Shown here piece after piece: positions 10,220 through 19,738 of a DNA stretch of 64,000 bases. The notes beneath the pieces are model-generated. The model was not told the origin of the DNA. It saw only the letters and a list, made by a program, of their open reading frames with translations, and ran no database searches. Source of the DNA: an uncultured Lachnospiraceae bacterium (GTDB taxonomy: Bacteria; Bacillota; Clostridia; Oscillospirales; CAG-272); assembly GCA_964521785.1 (NCBI GenBank), contig CAZFTE010000001.1, positions 1,172 to 65,171 of the forward strand. Direction: 5' to 3'. How positions within the stretch are numbered: the stretch's first letter is position 1; every line of letters starts with the position of its first letter. A program made the translations under genes and the position numbers.

Positions 10220-10248
10220 ATTATATCTTAATATTTATATTTTATCAA
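10220..10248 (-). promoter_or_regulatory. Sigma-A promoter for the queG-addB operon
   Basis: TTGATA-17-TATAAT on the minus strand. Confidence 0.6.
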
Positions 10249-10345
10249 ATTTTTCGCCATAAAGCAACCCCCAGTGCTTTCTAAAGCGAAAAAAGGCTTT
10301 TATTTTTCAAAGCCGCTCAAATCTTTTTATCTGAAGGAGTCAAAT

Positions 10346-12340
10346 ATGCCCGAAAAAACACCCATATACAACAATGAAAGCATTACCGCGCTCAAAGGTG
10401 CAGACCGTGTGCGTAAGCGCCCCGCCGTTATCTTCGGCTCGGATGGCATAGAAGGCTGCGAACATTCCGTTTTCGAGATACTCTCGAACTCTGTGGACGA
10501 AGCGCGCGAGGGTTACGGAAGCGTGATATATATAACCGTTACAAACGACGGCGTTATCTCCATAGAGGACGAGGGCAGAGGTGTGCCGCTCGATTTCAAC
10601 GAAAAAGAAGGCAAATACAACTGGGAACTCGTTTATTGCGAGCTTTATGCAGGCGGCAAATACAATAACAACGACAACGATTCAAACTATAAATATTCTT
10701 TGGGTCTTAACGGTCTCGGCGCGGCATCAACACAGTACAGCTCCGAATTTATGCACGTAAGATCTTATCGCGGAGGCGAGCTTTTGGAGATGCACTTTAA
10801 AAAAGGCGCTCCCGACGGCGAGCTTTGTCGCCGTGCGCTCACGAAAAAAGATAAAAAGCACGGCACCGTCGTTACTTGGCGCCCCGACCTCGATGTTTTC
10901 ACGGATACGGCTATTCCGCGCGAATTTTTCGAGACGATGCTCGAACGTCAGGCAATAGCAAACAAAGGTCTTTCGTTCGTATTCAAATTTCAGAATAACG
11001 ACGGCGAATTTGACGAAAAAACGTTTTATTACGAAAACGGTATCGCCGACTATATAACAGAGCTTGCGGGCGACACATACATCACACCTCCCGTGTTTTG
11101 GCAAACAGAGGCGCGAGGAAGAGATCGTGAGGACAAGCCCGAATATAATTTCAAAGCGGAGATTGCTTTTTGCTTTTCAAATGAAGTGAGCAAAACGGAA
11201 TATTATCACAACGCAAGTTTCCTTGAACACGGCGGCTCTCCCGACAGCGCTACAAAGACCGCTTTTACCTATGCTATCGATAAATATATCAAAGCAACGG
11301 GAAAATACAACAAAAATGAATCCAAGATAGGCTTCTCCGATATCGAAGATAGCTTGCTCATAGTTATAAACAGCTTTTCTACGCTCGTTTCATACGCGAA
11401 CCAAACAAAGAAAGCCATTACTAACGAATTTATCAAAGAAGCGCTGACAAATTATCTCAAGCACGCGCTCGAAGTATATTTCGCCGAAAAACCCGCCGAA
11501 GCGGACAAGATAGCCGCGCAGGTCCTCGTCAACAAGAGGAGCCGCGAAACAGCCGAGAAGACCCGCGTTGACGTAAAGAAAAAACTTGCCTCCTCAGGCT
11601 CCGATGTGGCAAACAGAGTTGAAAAATTCGTTTCCTGCCGTTCAAAAGACGTTACTCGCCGCGAAGTATATATCGTGGAGGGAGACTCCGCGATGGGTTC
11701 ATGTATCCAGGGTCGAGATTCCGAATTTCAGGCAATAATCCCCGTAAGAGGTAAAACGCTCAACTGCCTCAAATGCGGATACGATAAAATATTCAAAAGC
11801 GAAGTTATCGTTGACCTTCTCAAAGTAATCGGTTGCGGCGCTGAGATAACGGGAAAATCGAGATCTGCGCAGAATACATTCGATATCTCCTTGCTCAAAT
11901 GGAGCAAGATAATCATTTGTACCGATGCCGATGAGGACGGTTTCCAGATACGCACGCTCTTGCTCACGCTTTTTTATCGCCTTTTGCCCACGCTCATAAA
12001 AGAAGGCAAAGTTTACATCGCCGAATCTCCCCTTTTCGAGATAAACTGCGGAAAAGACACGTTTTTTGCATATAACGAGCAGGAAAAAGCCGATATACTC
12101 GCAAAGCTTGAAAACAAAAAATACACTATCCAGCGTTCAAAAGGTCTTGGTGAGAACGAGCCCGAAATGATGTGGCAAACAACGATGAACCCCGCAACTC
12201 GCCGTCTTATCCAAGTAAGTCCCACAGACGCAGAAAAAACAGCATATATATTCGAAACATTGTTGGGCGACGACCTGCCCGAACGCAAAAGATTTATCAA
12301 GGAAAACGGCAAATTCTATCTTAAAGACGCTGACATATGA
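10346..12340 (+). CDS. parE: Type IIA topoisomerase B subunit (probably topo IV ParE)
   Basis: VRKRPAV, EILSNSVDEA, GLNGLG, and TOPRIM motifs EGDSA, PVRGK, TDADEDG; KGLGE. ATG at 10346 follows AAGGAG. Confidence 0.8.
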   Translation: MPEKTPIYNNESITALKGADRVRKRPAVIFGSDGIEGCEHSVFEILSNSVDEAREGYGSVIYITVTNDGVISIEDEGRGVPLDFNEKEGKYNWELVYCELYAGGKYNNNDNDSNYKYSLGLNGLGAASTQYSSEFMHVRSYRGGELLEMHFKKGAPDGELCRRALTKKDKKHGTVVTWRPDLDVFTDTAIPREFFETMLERQAIANKGLSFVFKFQNNDGEFDEKTFYYENGIADYITELAGDTYITPPVFWQTEARGRDREDKPEYNFKAEIAFCFSNEVSKTEYYHNASFLEHGGSPDSATKTAFTYAIDKYIKATGKYNKNESKIGFSDIEDSLLIVINSFSTLVSYANQTKKAITNEFIKEALTNYLKHALEVYFAEKPAEADKIAAQVLVNKRSRETAEKTRVDVKKKLASSGSDVANRVEKFVSCRSKDVTRREVYIVEGDSAMGSCIQGRDSEFQAIIPVRGKTLNCLKCGYDKIFKSEVIVDLLKVIGCGAEITGKSRSAQNTFDISLLKWSKIIICTDADEDGFQIRTLLLTLFYRLLPTLIKEGKVYIAESPLFEINCGKDTFFAYNEQEKADILAKLENKKYTIQRSKGLGENEPEMMWQTTMNPATRRLIQVSPTDAEKTAYIFETLLGDDLPERKRFIKENGKFYLKDADI

Positions 12341-12369
12341 TCATATTAAATATATAGGAGTGAAAAACA

Positions 12370-14589
12370 ATGGCAAAAAAGAAGACCGATATCAAAGAGG
12401 TTCTCCCTCCTGCTCCGGTAACGCCCCAGCCCATAACGGAAACTATCGAAAAGAACTATATGCCCTATGTAATGACCGTAATAGTTTCTCGTGCCATTCC
12501 GGAAATAGACGGCTTCAAGCCCTCTCATCGCAAGCTGCTCTATACGATGTATAAGATGGGTCTTTTGACGGGACCGAGAACAAAAAGCACGAATATCGTC
12601 GGCTCCACGATGAAGCTCAACCCTCATGGAGATGCGGCGATATACGAAACGATGGTGCGCCTTACGCGCGGTAACGGAGCTTTGCTCCACCCGTTTGTAG
12701 ATTCAAAGGGTAACTTCGGTAAGCAATACAGCTCCGATATGGCTTATGCCGCTTCGCGTTACACCGAAGCGAAGCTCGACACATTTTGCAACGAGATATT
12801 CGGCGGCATAGACAAAAATGCCGTCGATATGATAGATAACTACGACGCTACGATGAAAGAGCCTGTGCTTTTGCCAACGGCGTTCCCCAACGTGTTGGTA
12901 TCCCCCAACATGGGCATCGCCGTCGGTATGGCAAGCAAGATATGCTCTTTTAACCTCGCGGAGATATGCGACGGTACGATAGCATTGCTCAAAAACAAAG
13001 ACACGACCACGGAAGAATTGCTCGATATAATCAAAGCGCCCGATTTTTCGGGCGGTGCGGGCATAATCTATGACAGAAACAAGCTTCACGCAATATACGA
13101 AACAGGCGAAGGCAGCTTTACGATGCGCGCTCGCTATGTTTACGATAAAGACGCAAACTGCATAGACATACTCGAGATACCTTATTCCACCACAATAGAG
13201 CTTATCCTCAAAAAGATAACGGAAATGATAAAGGATGGTTCTCTCAAAGAGGTTACCGATGCTCGAAACGAGATCGACCTTCACGGCTTCAAGCTCACTC
13301 TCGATCTTAAACGCGGCACGGATCCCGAAAAGCTCATGGCAAAGCTTTTTAAGAAAACTCCTCTTCAAGATAACTTCGCCTGCAATTTCAATATACTCAT
13401 CGACGGCACTCCCAGAACCATGGGCATCAAAGAGATACTTACGGAATGGATACGCTTCCGCATGGGTTGCGTAACGCGAGAGCTTACATTCGACCTCGGT
13501 AAAAAGAAAGACAAGCTCCATCTTTTGCTCGGTCTCGGAGAGATACTTTTGGACATCGACAAAGCTATACAGATAGTACGCGAAACGGAAAAAGAATCCG
13601 ATGTAGTCCCCAATCTTATGGAAGGATTCAGCCTTGACGAGATACAGGCGGAATATATCGCAGAAATAAAGCTTCGCCACCTCAATCGCGAGTATATCAC
13701 CGAGCGCATAGCCGAAATAAACGACCTTCGCAAAGAGATAGACGAGCTTACTTCCATAATAGAATCCGAAACAAAGCTTAAAAAATATATCGCAAAACAG
13801 CTCACGAAGATAAAAGATAAATACGGCTTGCCGAGAAAGACCCGCCTCATATACGAAGAGGATATAACGAGTTTTTCCGAGGAAGAACATATCGAAAATT
13901 ATCTCGTACGCCTTGTTCTTTCCCGCGACGGATTCTTCAAGAAGATAACGCACAATTCTCTTCGTGCAAGTTCGCTCCGCGGCAACGACGAGCATAAGCT
14001 CAAAGAGGGCGATATCGTTATCCAAGAAGAGGATGCCGAAAACATCGACGAACTCTTATTCATCGGCAGCAAAGCGCAGATATATAAATCGCGAGTTTCC
14101 GATTTCGAACAGATGAAAGCTTCTTCTTTGGGCGAATTTATCCCCGCAAAACTCGATTTTTCGGAGGACGAACGTGTTATTGCGATAACGTCTATTCACG
14201 AATATAACGAAGCGCACAATATTATCTATATCTTTGCGAACGGCAAAGGAGTCAAGATACCCATTTCGTCATACGAAACGAAAACGAACCGCAAAAAACT
14301 CATCAAAGCTTATTCGGACGCTTCTCCGCTTATCGCCGCGATATATGAATCGGAGCCTTTCGATCTTATGATAGGCACCGTATCGGGCAAAGGCTGTATC
14401 ATAAACACATCGCTCATTCCGCTCAAAACGACAAGAACAAGCACAGGTTCGGCTCTGCTCTCGCTTAAAAAAGATGACGAGGTCGCTTTCGCATTGAAAG
14501 ATTTCGAAAAGCAGTTCCCCGATACGACGGGACTTCGCAAAGTGAAAGTGCCTGCCACTCCCTCGGCTATAAAAAATAATCTCTCTTGA
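12370..14589 (+). CDS. parC: Type IIA topoisomerase A subunit (probably topo IV ParC)
   Basis: RAIPEIDGFKPSHR, PHGD, catalytic AASRYTE; short CTD with no recognisable GyrA box. Confidence 0.8.
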   Translation: MAKKKTDIKEVLPPAPVTPQPITETIEKNYMPYVMTVIVSRAIPEIDGFKPSHRKLLYTMYKMGLLTGPRTKSTNIVGSTMKLNPHGDAAIYETMVRLTRGNGALLHPFVDSKGNFGKQYSSDMAYAASRYTEAKLDTFCNEIFGGIDKNAVDMIDNYDATMKEPVLLPTAFPNVLVSPNMGIAVGMASKICSFNLAEICDGTIALLKNKDTTTEELLDIIKAPDFSGGAGIIYDRNKLHAIYETGEGSFTMRARYVYDKDANCIDILEIPYSTTIELILKKITEMIKDGSLKEVTDARNEIDLHGFKLTLDLKRGTDPEKLMAKLFKKTPLQDNFACNFNILIDGTPRTMGIKEILTEWIRFRMGCVTRELTFDLGKKKDKLHLLLGLGEILLDIDKAIQIVRETEKESDVVPNLMEGFSLDEIQAEYIAEIKLRHLNREYITERIAEINDLRKEIDELTSIIESETKLKKYIAKQLTKIKDKYGLPRKTRLIYEEDITSFSEEEHIENYLVRLVLSRDGFFKKITHNSLRASSLRGNDEHKLKEGDIVIQEEDAENIDELLFIGSKAQIYKSRVSDFEQMKASSLGEFIPAKLDFSEDERVIAITSIHEYNEAHNIIYIFANGKGVKIPISSYETKTNRKKLIKAYSDASPLIAAIYESEPFDLMIGTVSGKGCIINTSLIPLKTTRTSTGSALLSLKKDDEVAFALKDFEKQFPDTTGLRKVKVPATPSAIKNNLS

Positions 14590-14604
14590 TAAAAAGGAGA
14601 TAAT

Positions 14605-15267
14605 ATGAAAATAACCATCATCACAAAAGATGAGATATTTTCCCGTATGCTTTTTTGGGAGATATCGCAGTTCGGCGCTCAAATATCGATATTTGAAGAC
14701 TTTTGCGCCGAATCGCAAGACGAAGCCGAAAAATCCGAAATGACCATATTGGAAGCGTCTGTATTTTTGTCTCACACTGAAGAAGTTTCGTGCCTTGAAC
14801 ATACACAGATAATACTCTTCGGATATGAAGACGAGTTTTTCGCTCTCGAACTAAAGATACCCTCGGGATTTCAAATTTTCAAGCGCCCTTTTCTCATAAG
14901 CGAAATGCTGGCTTATATATTCGAAACGAACGACGAGAGTTTGCTCGGAGTTCGCCCTGCCAAGCGCAGAAAAAGCCCCGCCGATTCATTGATATTGAAC
15001 GCAAAGAGCCAAACTGTCATATATCACAAAGAAACGATAGAACTCACGCAAAGAGAATTTGCGCTCTTGTCTCTGCTTATCAAGCATAAGGGCGAGACCG
15101 TAACGCGCGCTCAAGCGGCGCAAGCGGTCTGGGGCAAGGACGGCGACACGGAAACGAATGTGGTCGATGTTTATATCCGATATCTTCGCGAAAAGCTTGA
15201 CGAGCATTTCGATATAAAAATGATATCCACGGTACGCGGTCAAGGATACACCATCAAAACCGAATAA
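14605..15267 (+). CDS. OmpR-family winged-helix regulator with a degenerate receiver domain
   Basis: The C-terminal LTQREFALL..VWG..NVVDVYIRYLREKL..TVRGQGY is intact; the receiver catalytic residues are altered. Confidence 0.85.
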   Translation: MKITIITKDEIFSRMLFWEISQFGAQISIFEDFCAESQDEAEKSEMTILEASVFLSHTEEVSCLEHTQIILFGYEDEFFALELKIPSGFQIFKRPFLISEMLAYIFETNDESLLGVRPAKRRKSPADSLILNAKSQTVIYHKETIELTQREFALLSLLIKHKGETVTRAQAAQAVWGKDGDTETNVVDVYIRYLREKLDEHFDIKMISTVRGQGYTIKTE

Positions 15268-15271
15268 AACA

Positions 15272-15314
15272 AATAAAAAAATCTCGGAATCTTGCGATTC
15301 CGAGATTTTTTATT
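15272..15314. terminator. Bidirectional intrinsic terminator
   Basis: AAAAAATCTCGGAATC-TTGC-GATTCCGAGATTTTTT. Confidence 0.9.
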
Positions 15315-15320
15315 GCGTTA

Positions 15321-16613
15321 TCAGTTGAAAACAACTACTTTTGCTGGGTCTGTGTTATCGAGATAACCGATATATGTGTTGCCCGCAGCGAGAGTGAGTT
15401 CTTCGCCGGAAAGTGTTGTGAGCTTGAGTGCGCCGTCTTCGTCGGGCTTGCTCCACTTGATGGAGATGCATTTGCCGCCGTAGAAGTAGTAACCCAAACC
15501 TTCGCCCGTTGTCTTAACTGAAGCAACGTGCGGATCTTCAGCAGTACCGTCTACTCTGGAAACATCTGTATAAAGAGTGATAAGGTTAGTAAAGTTGAGC
15601 TGTTCGTTTGTAACGGAGTCAACATGAGCTATACCGTCCTGGTAACGGTAGTATTTGCCGTTCTGATATGTGTAAGATACTTTCTTTTCGCCGGCATAGT
15701 TGTCCATTGTAAAGAGAAGGCTTACATTTGTTGCATTAGCTGCATTTTCAAGAACTTTCTGTTCGCCTGCGGCGATGAATTTAAGAGACTGCGTGGTTAC
15801 ACCGAGGTATGTGTTGCCCGAAAGATTGAAACGGCTCGTCTTGGACTGAAGAGTTGCGAGGAGCGCTCTGGATGTGATGAGCGTATCGTATTTAAGGTCT
15901 ACACGACCTGTGTTATAGGAACCTGTGTAATATTTGATAGTGCCGTATTTTTCGCCGCCTTCTTTTGTACCGAAAGCATACTCGTCTTTAGTGTTTACAT
16001 AGCCGTATGTGTTCTTGCCGAGAGAAGCGTCCCAAGAACCGCCCAAACGCTGAGAAGCCGTTGTAGCGAAATCTTCATATGTGGAACCGCCGTGGCAAAC
16101 GAGGATAGCGTTATGGTTAGCCGCAAGGTCGATGTGGAAGATTCTGGCGGAACGAACGTTGCAAACATCTTCAAGGTTCGTATAGTCGGAAACTATCATA
16201 AGGAAACGTGTGATGCCGGGAGCAACGAGCGTTTCATAGAGTATATCCGCTTTGTTAAGTCCTGACTGATGAGAAAGTGCTACACCGATGTTATCGACAA
16301 CGATAGCAACAGGGCGCTTGAGAGAAGCGTCGTATGTAGTTTTGAGACCTGTAAGGGGGTTGATGTAGTTGCCCACGCCGGGATCGATAATGTTGGGAGT
16401 CGTGCCTGTTGTAGCAGCATTACCTGTTGTGGATGTTGTAGCGTCATCCGTTACTTCTGCCGTAGAGCTTGTTGTGTTGCCCATAGGAATATGGGGGTCT
16501 TTTGTTGTCTGTGTTTCGCCCGGTTCGCCGCATGAGAACAAGAACACGCTTGTCGTCATGAATACAAACACAACAGCGAAAACAAGAGCGATCCTTTTGA
16601 TTTCTTTTTTCAT
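15321..16613 (-). CDS. DUF3048 (YerB-like) lipoprotein
   Basis: Signal peptide with LFSC lipobox, Thr-rich linker, NPLTGL..RPVAIVVDN..QSGL..ADILYE..GITRF..VRSAR. Confidence 0.85.
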   Translation of the reverse strand: MKKEIKRIALVFAVVFVFMTTSVFLFSCGEPGETQTTKDPHIPMGNTTSSTAEVTDDATTSTTGNAATTGTTPNIIDPGVGNYINPLTGLKTTYDASLKRPVAIVVDNIGVALSHQSGLNKADILYETLVAPGITRFLMIVSDYTNLEDVCNVRSARIFHIDLAANHNAILVCHGGSTYEDFATTASQRLGGSWDASLGKNTYGYVNTKDEYAFGTKEGGEKYGTIKYYTGSYNTGRVDLKYDTLITSRALLATLQSKTSRFNLSGNTYLGVTTQSLKFIAAGEQKVLENAANATNVSLLFTMDNYAGEKKVSYTYQNGKYYRYQDGIAHVDSVTNEQLNFTNLITLYTDVSRVDGTAEDPHVASVKTTGEGLGYYFYGGKCISIKWSKPDEDGALKLTTLSGEELTLAAGNTYIGYLDNTDPAKVVVFN

Positions 16614-16729
16614 TTCTTTTACTCCTTAAAAATTTTTTATCCGTTACCGAACGACGGCAACAGATATTCCTTTTCTCATGTTATTTTTTACAACAGCAGG
16701 AGAAAAATTTTGTTTTCCATTGTAGATTA

Positions 16730-16758
16730 AGTATACCATATAGGTATATAAATGTCAA
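16730..16758 (-). promoter_or_regulatory. Sigma-A promoter
   Basis: TTGACA-17-TATACT with extended TG. Confidence 0.7.
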
Positions 16759-16807
16759 ACCATTTTTATAACCTTTTTACGCCGCATTATAGCAAAATAT
16801 TATATGT

Positions 16808-17323
16808 TTATACAACAACTTCCTCGCTGTTGTCGAAATCTTTGCTTTTTTTGCGAGAATTATTTTTTCCACGCAAAGCGCGAAAAAAATCGGAGAGCAT
16901 GGCGGCACATTCTTCTTCTCTCACTCCGCTTACTATTTCGGGCTTGTGGTTCAGTGGGTATGCGTTAAGATCCAGCACTGAGCCGAAAGCCCCGGCTTTT
17001 GTATCCTTCGCTCCGTATACCACTCTCTTTATACGTGAGTTTACTATCGCTCCCGCACACATCGGGCAAGGTTCGAGCGTTACGTAAAGTTCGCATTTAT
17101 GCAAGCGCCAACCGCCGAGTTTTTTGCAGGCGGCGGAGATAGCAAGCACTTCGGCATGATTTATCGCATTTTTTTGAGTTTCACGGGTGTTGTATGCCGC
17201 CGCAACTACTTCGCCCTCGCAAACGACTACCGCGCCGACAGGCACCTCCGTAAGTTCGAGCGATCTTTCGGCTTCCTCTATGGCAAGACCCATGAAATGA
17301 TATGATGTTTCTTCTTGTGTCAT
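16808..17323 (-). CDS. tadA: tRNA adenosine(34) deaminase
   Basis: EVPVGAV, HAE, LYVTLEPCPMCAGA. Confidence 0.93.
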   Translation of the reverse strand: MTQEETSYHFMGLAIEEAERSLELTEVPVGAVVVCEGEVVAAAYNTRETQKNAINHAEVLAISAACKKLGGWRLHKCELYVTLEPCPMCAGAIVNSRIKRVVYGAKDTKAGAFGSVLDLNAYPLNHKPEIVSGVREEECAAMLSDFFRALRGKNNSRKKSKDFDNSEEVVV

Positions 17324-18177
17324 ATAAAATTCATTATTACCGCGCTGGCGATAAAAAGTATCATCGGAAAAGTAAGGAACGCAGAGGAAGCAACGTTACC
17401 GTAATCTCCGTTTGAAAATCTTTTAGTTATATTCGGCGCGAGCTTGCGCAAAGCAACGAGCAAGAGCGCAAACATTATAGCCGATACCAACATCACAAGT
17501 CTCGTGTAGGAGATATACTCCATACCGTGAGACACCCTGCTCAAAATATATGTGGCAAGATTATTCATAAAATGTATTCCCATGGTATAGCGCACGGAAC
17601 CCGTTTTTATATATATAAATCCAAGCACGAATCCGCAGATGAACGCATAAGGAAAAGTATAATACGAATAATGAGCCAAGCCGAAAAGCAACGAGGAACC
17701 TATCACCGCGAAAGTGGAGCCGAAAACGGTAAGTTCGCGGCAGAACAGCTTTCTGTAAAGAAACTCTTCGCAAACAGCAGGCACGACGGCACATTTTACG
17801 ATTGAAAGCAATGTCATCACTATACCGTCGTTATCATATGCCACGGTCGCCATGGGAAAAGCCGCAGAATAGAGCAAGCCAAAGATAAATATGAGTACGA
17901 ATCCCGCAAAAGCGAGCAACAAATTATATTTTACCGAGCCGTTCGGCGAGCGTTTCGATTCCGCTTTTTCAAATTTTGCGGTGCGTTGCATATTCACAAA
18001 CACAACTGCGGGTATGAGTTGAAAGAGCGAGGAAAACACTATCGCCACGAACATTTTTACTATGCCGCTTTTAAACTCCGTCTCGGAAACAAAAATTATA
18101 TAAAGCCAATAAAACAGCAATCCCGCCAAAAGCGAAACAGCTATATTTTCAGAGGTCCGTTTAGCGCGAAATACCAT
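17320..18177 (-). CDS. CPBP family intramembrane metalloprotease
   Basis: EEFLYR, FGLAH and HFMNN motifs; multiple TM segments. Start uncertain (18177 or 18222). Confidence 0.85.
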   Translation of the reverse strand: MVFRAKRTSENIAVSLLAGLLFYWLYIIFVSETEFKSGIVKMFVAIVFSSLFQLIPAVVFVNMQRTAKFEKAESKRSPNGSVKYNLLLAFAGFVLIFIFGLLYSAAFPMATVAYDNDGIVMTLLSIVKCAVVPAVCEEFLYRKLFCRELTVFGSTFAVIGSSLLFGLAHYSYYTFPYAFICGFVLGFIYIKTGSVRYTMGIHFMNNLATYILSRVSHGMEYISYTRLVMLVSAIMFALLLVALRKLAPNITKRFSNGDYGNVASSAFLTFPMILFIASAVIMNFI

Positions 18178-18414
18178 TCTTTCCACCTTTCCAAAAACAA
18201 ACGTTCCGTAATATTTTACCATATCAAAAACAAAAAAACAATATTATTTTCGCTTTTTAAGCTCTCTGCTTGAAAAATTTACAAATCATTATATATCACC
18301 TCCGCACAAATGAAAATAAGCATACTATTTTTTCATAATTTATCCTATGCTCTTGACATTGCTCCACTTTTAAAGTAAACTTTTTTATATAAATCAAAAA
18401 GCGAGGAAACGATA

Positions 18415-19695
18415 ATGGATCTTAATAAAATTCTTGTAAAACTTGAAAATTGTCCTTGCGGCAAAAAGCATACTTTTTTCACAAAAGCGATAGAGATCGG
18501 CAGCGGTATAACAAAAGATACCGGCAAGATCTTGCGTAATAACGGCTTTGAGGACGAGCTTTTGCTCGTTGCCGACGAAAACACGATATCCGCCGCAAAA
18601 GGCGTTCGCGAAAGCCTTCGCGAATCGGGATTCCGCGTAAAAGAACAGATATACGAAAACCTCATGTATGCTCGTGCGGAGCAGGTAGACGAACTTTTGG
18701 AACTTTCAAAAGATGTCAAGGGCATCATCTCCGTCGGCACGGGTTCTCTCAACGATATATGCCGCGTTACAGCTTACAAAACAGGCAAAAAATTCTGCAT
18801 CTTCGCGACAGCGCCCAGCATGGACGGTTTCGCTTCCGATACGGCTCCCATAATCAAAAATAATTTCAAAGAATCTTGGAAAGCGGAACAGCCCCTTGTT
18901 ATCATCGGTGATACGAAAGTTCTTGCCGCCGCCCCCACAGAGCTTAAAGCTTCGGGATTTGGCGACATGGTCGCAAAATATATCGGTCTTGCCGAATGGA
19001 AGATATCGAATCTTCTCATCGGCGAATATTATTGCGAAAACATCGCCGATATAACAAAACAGGCGGTAGAAAAGATAGCTTCTCTTGCCGATAAGATATG
19101 CGAAAACAACGAAGAAGCGGCAGGTGCCGTTATGGAATCTCTCGTTCTCACGGGTCTTGCAATGAAATTGGCAGGTTGCTCTCGTCCCGCATCGGGTGCC
19201 GAACACGTTGTTTCTCATTACCTCGAATGTTGGAAAGTAAACAGAGGTATCTGGCCCGAATTTCACGGCAAAAAAGTCGGCGTTATGACGGTTCTGCTCA
19301 ATCGCGCATACCGCAATCTTGCGGAACGTGTAACGGAAATCGAACCCACAGCCGATAAGACGGATTGGAATACCGTTTATTCAAAATACGACGAATGTAT
19401 GCACAACGACATCAAACGTGTGAATACTCCCACTATTACAGACCAAGTAGATCCTGCTCGTCTCAAAGAATGTTGGGGCGATATCCGTAAGATAATCTTG
19501 GAAACTCTTCCCGATGACGAAACGCTCATGAAGCTTATGAAAGCGGCAGGCGCGGCTACTACGCCCGAAGAAGTTCACGTAAACGACGAACTCCTCAAAG
19601 ACGCTTTGCACTTCCACCCGTATATGCGTTACCGTTTGCTCATAACAAGACTGATGCCTATGCTCGGCATGGATATAATGGACTTCATGGAATAA
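18415..19695 (+). CDS. sn-glycerol-1-phosphate dehydrogenase (AraM/EgsA-like)
   Basis: CPCGKKH, GTGSLNDICR, TAPSMDGFAS, SGAEHVVSH, HGKKVG. Confidence 0.85.
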   Translation: MDLNKILVKLENCPCGKKHTFFTKAIEIGSGITKDTGKILRNNGFEDELLLVADENTISAAKGVRESLRESGFRVKEQIYENLMYARAEQVDELLELSKDVKGIISVGTGSLNDICRVTAYKTGKKFCIFATAPSMDGFASDTAPIIKNNFKESWKAEQPLVIIGDTKVLAAAPTELKASGFGDMVAKYIGLAEWKISNLLIGEYYCENIADITKQAVEKIASLADKICENNEEAAGAVMESLVLTGLAMKLAGCSRPASGAEHVVSHYLECWKVNRGIWPEFHGKKVGVMTVLLNRAYRNLAERVTEIEPTADKTDWNTVYSKYDECMHNDIKRVNTPTITDQVDPARLKECWGDIRKIILETLPDDETLMKLMKAAGAATTPEEVHVNDELLKDALHFHPYMRYRLLITRLMPMLGMDIMDFME

Positions 19696-19701
19696 AAAAC
19701 A

Positions 19702-19737
19702 CAAAAAGGATATTGCATCACTGCAATATCCTTTTTT
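19702..19737. terminator. Bidirectional intrinsic terminator
   Basis: AAAAAGGATATTGCA-TCAC-TGCAATATCCTTTTT. Confidence 0.85.
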
Positions 19738-19738
19738 A

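Noticed and set aside
10274-10345. N-terminal extensions in the ORF track (also aroA, ilvA, pyk, the ZIP gene, trkA and others)
   Set aside because: Downstream ATGs with good RBSs match the family N-termini; the extensions run through promoters, leaders or neighbouring genes.
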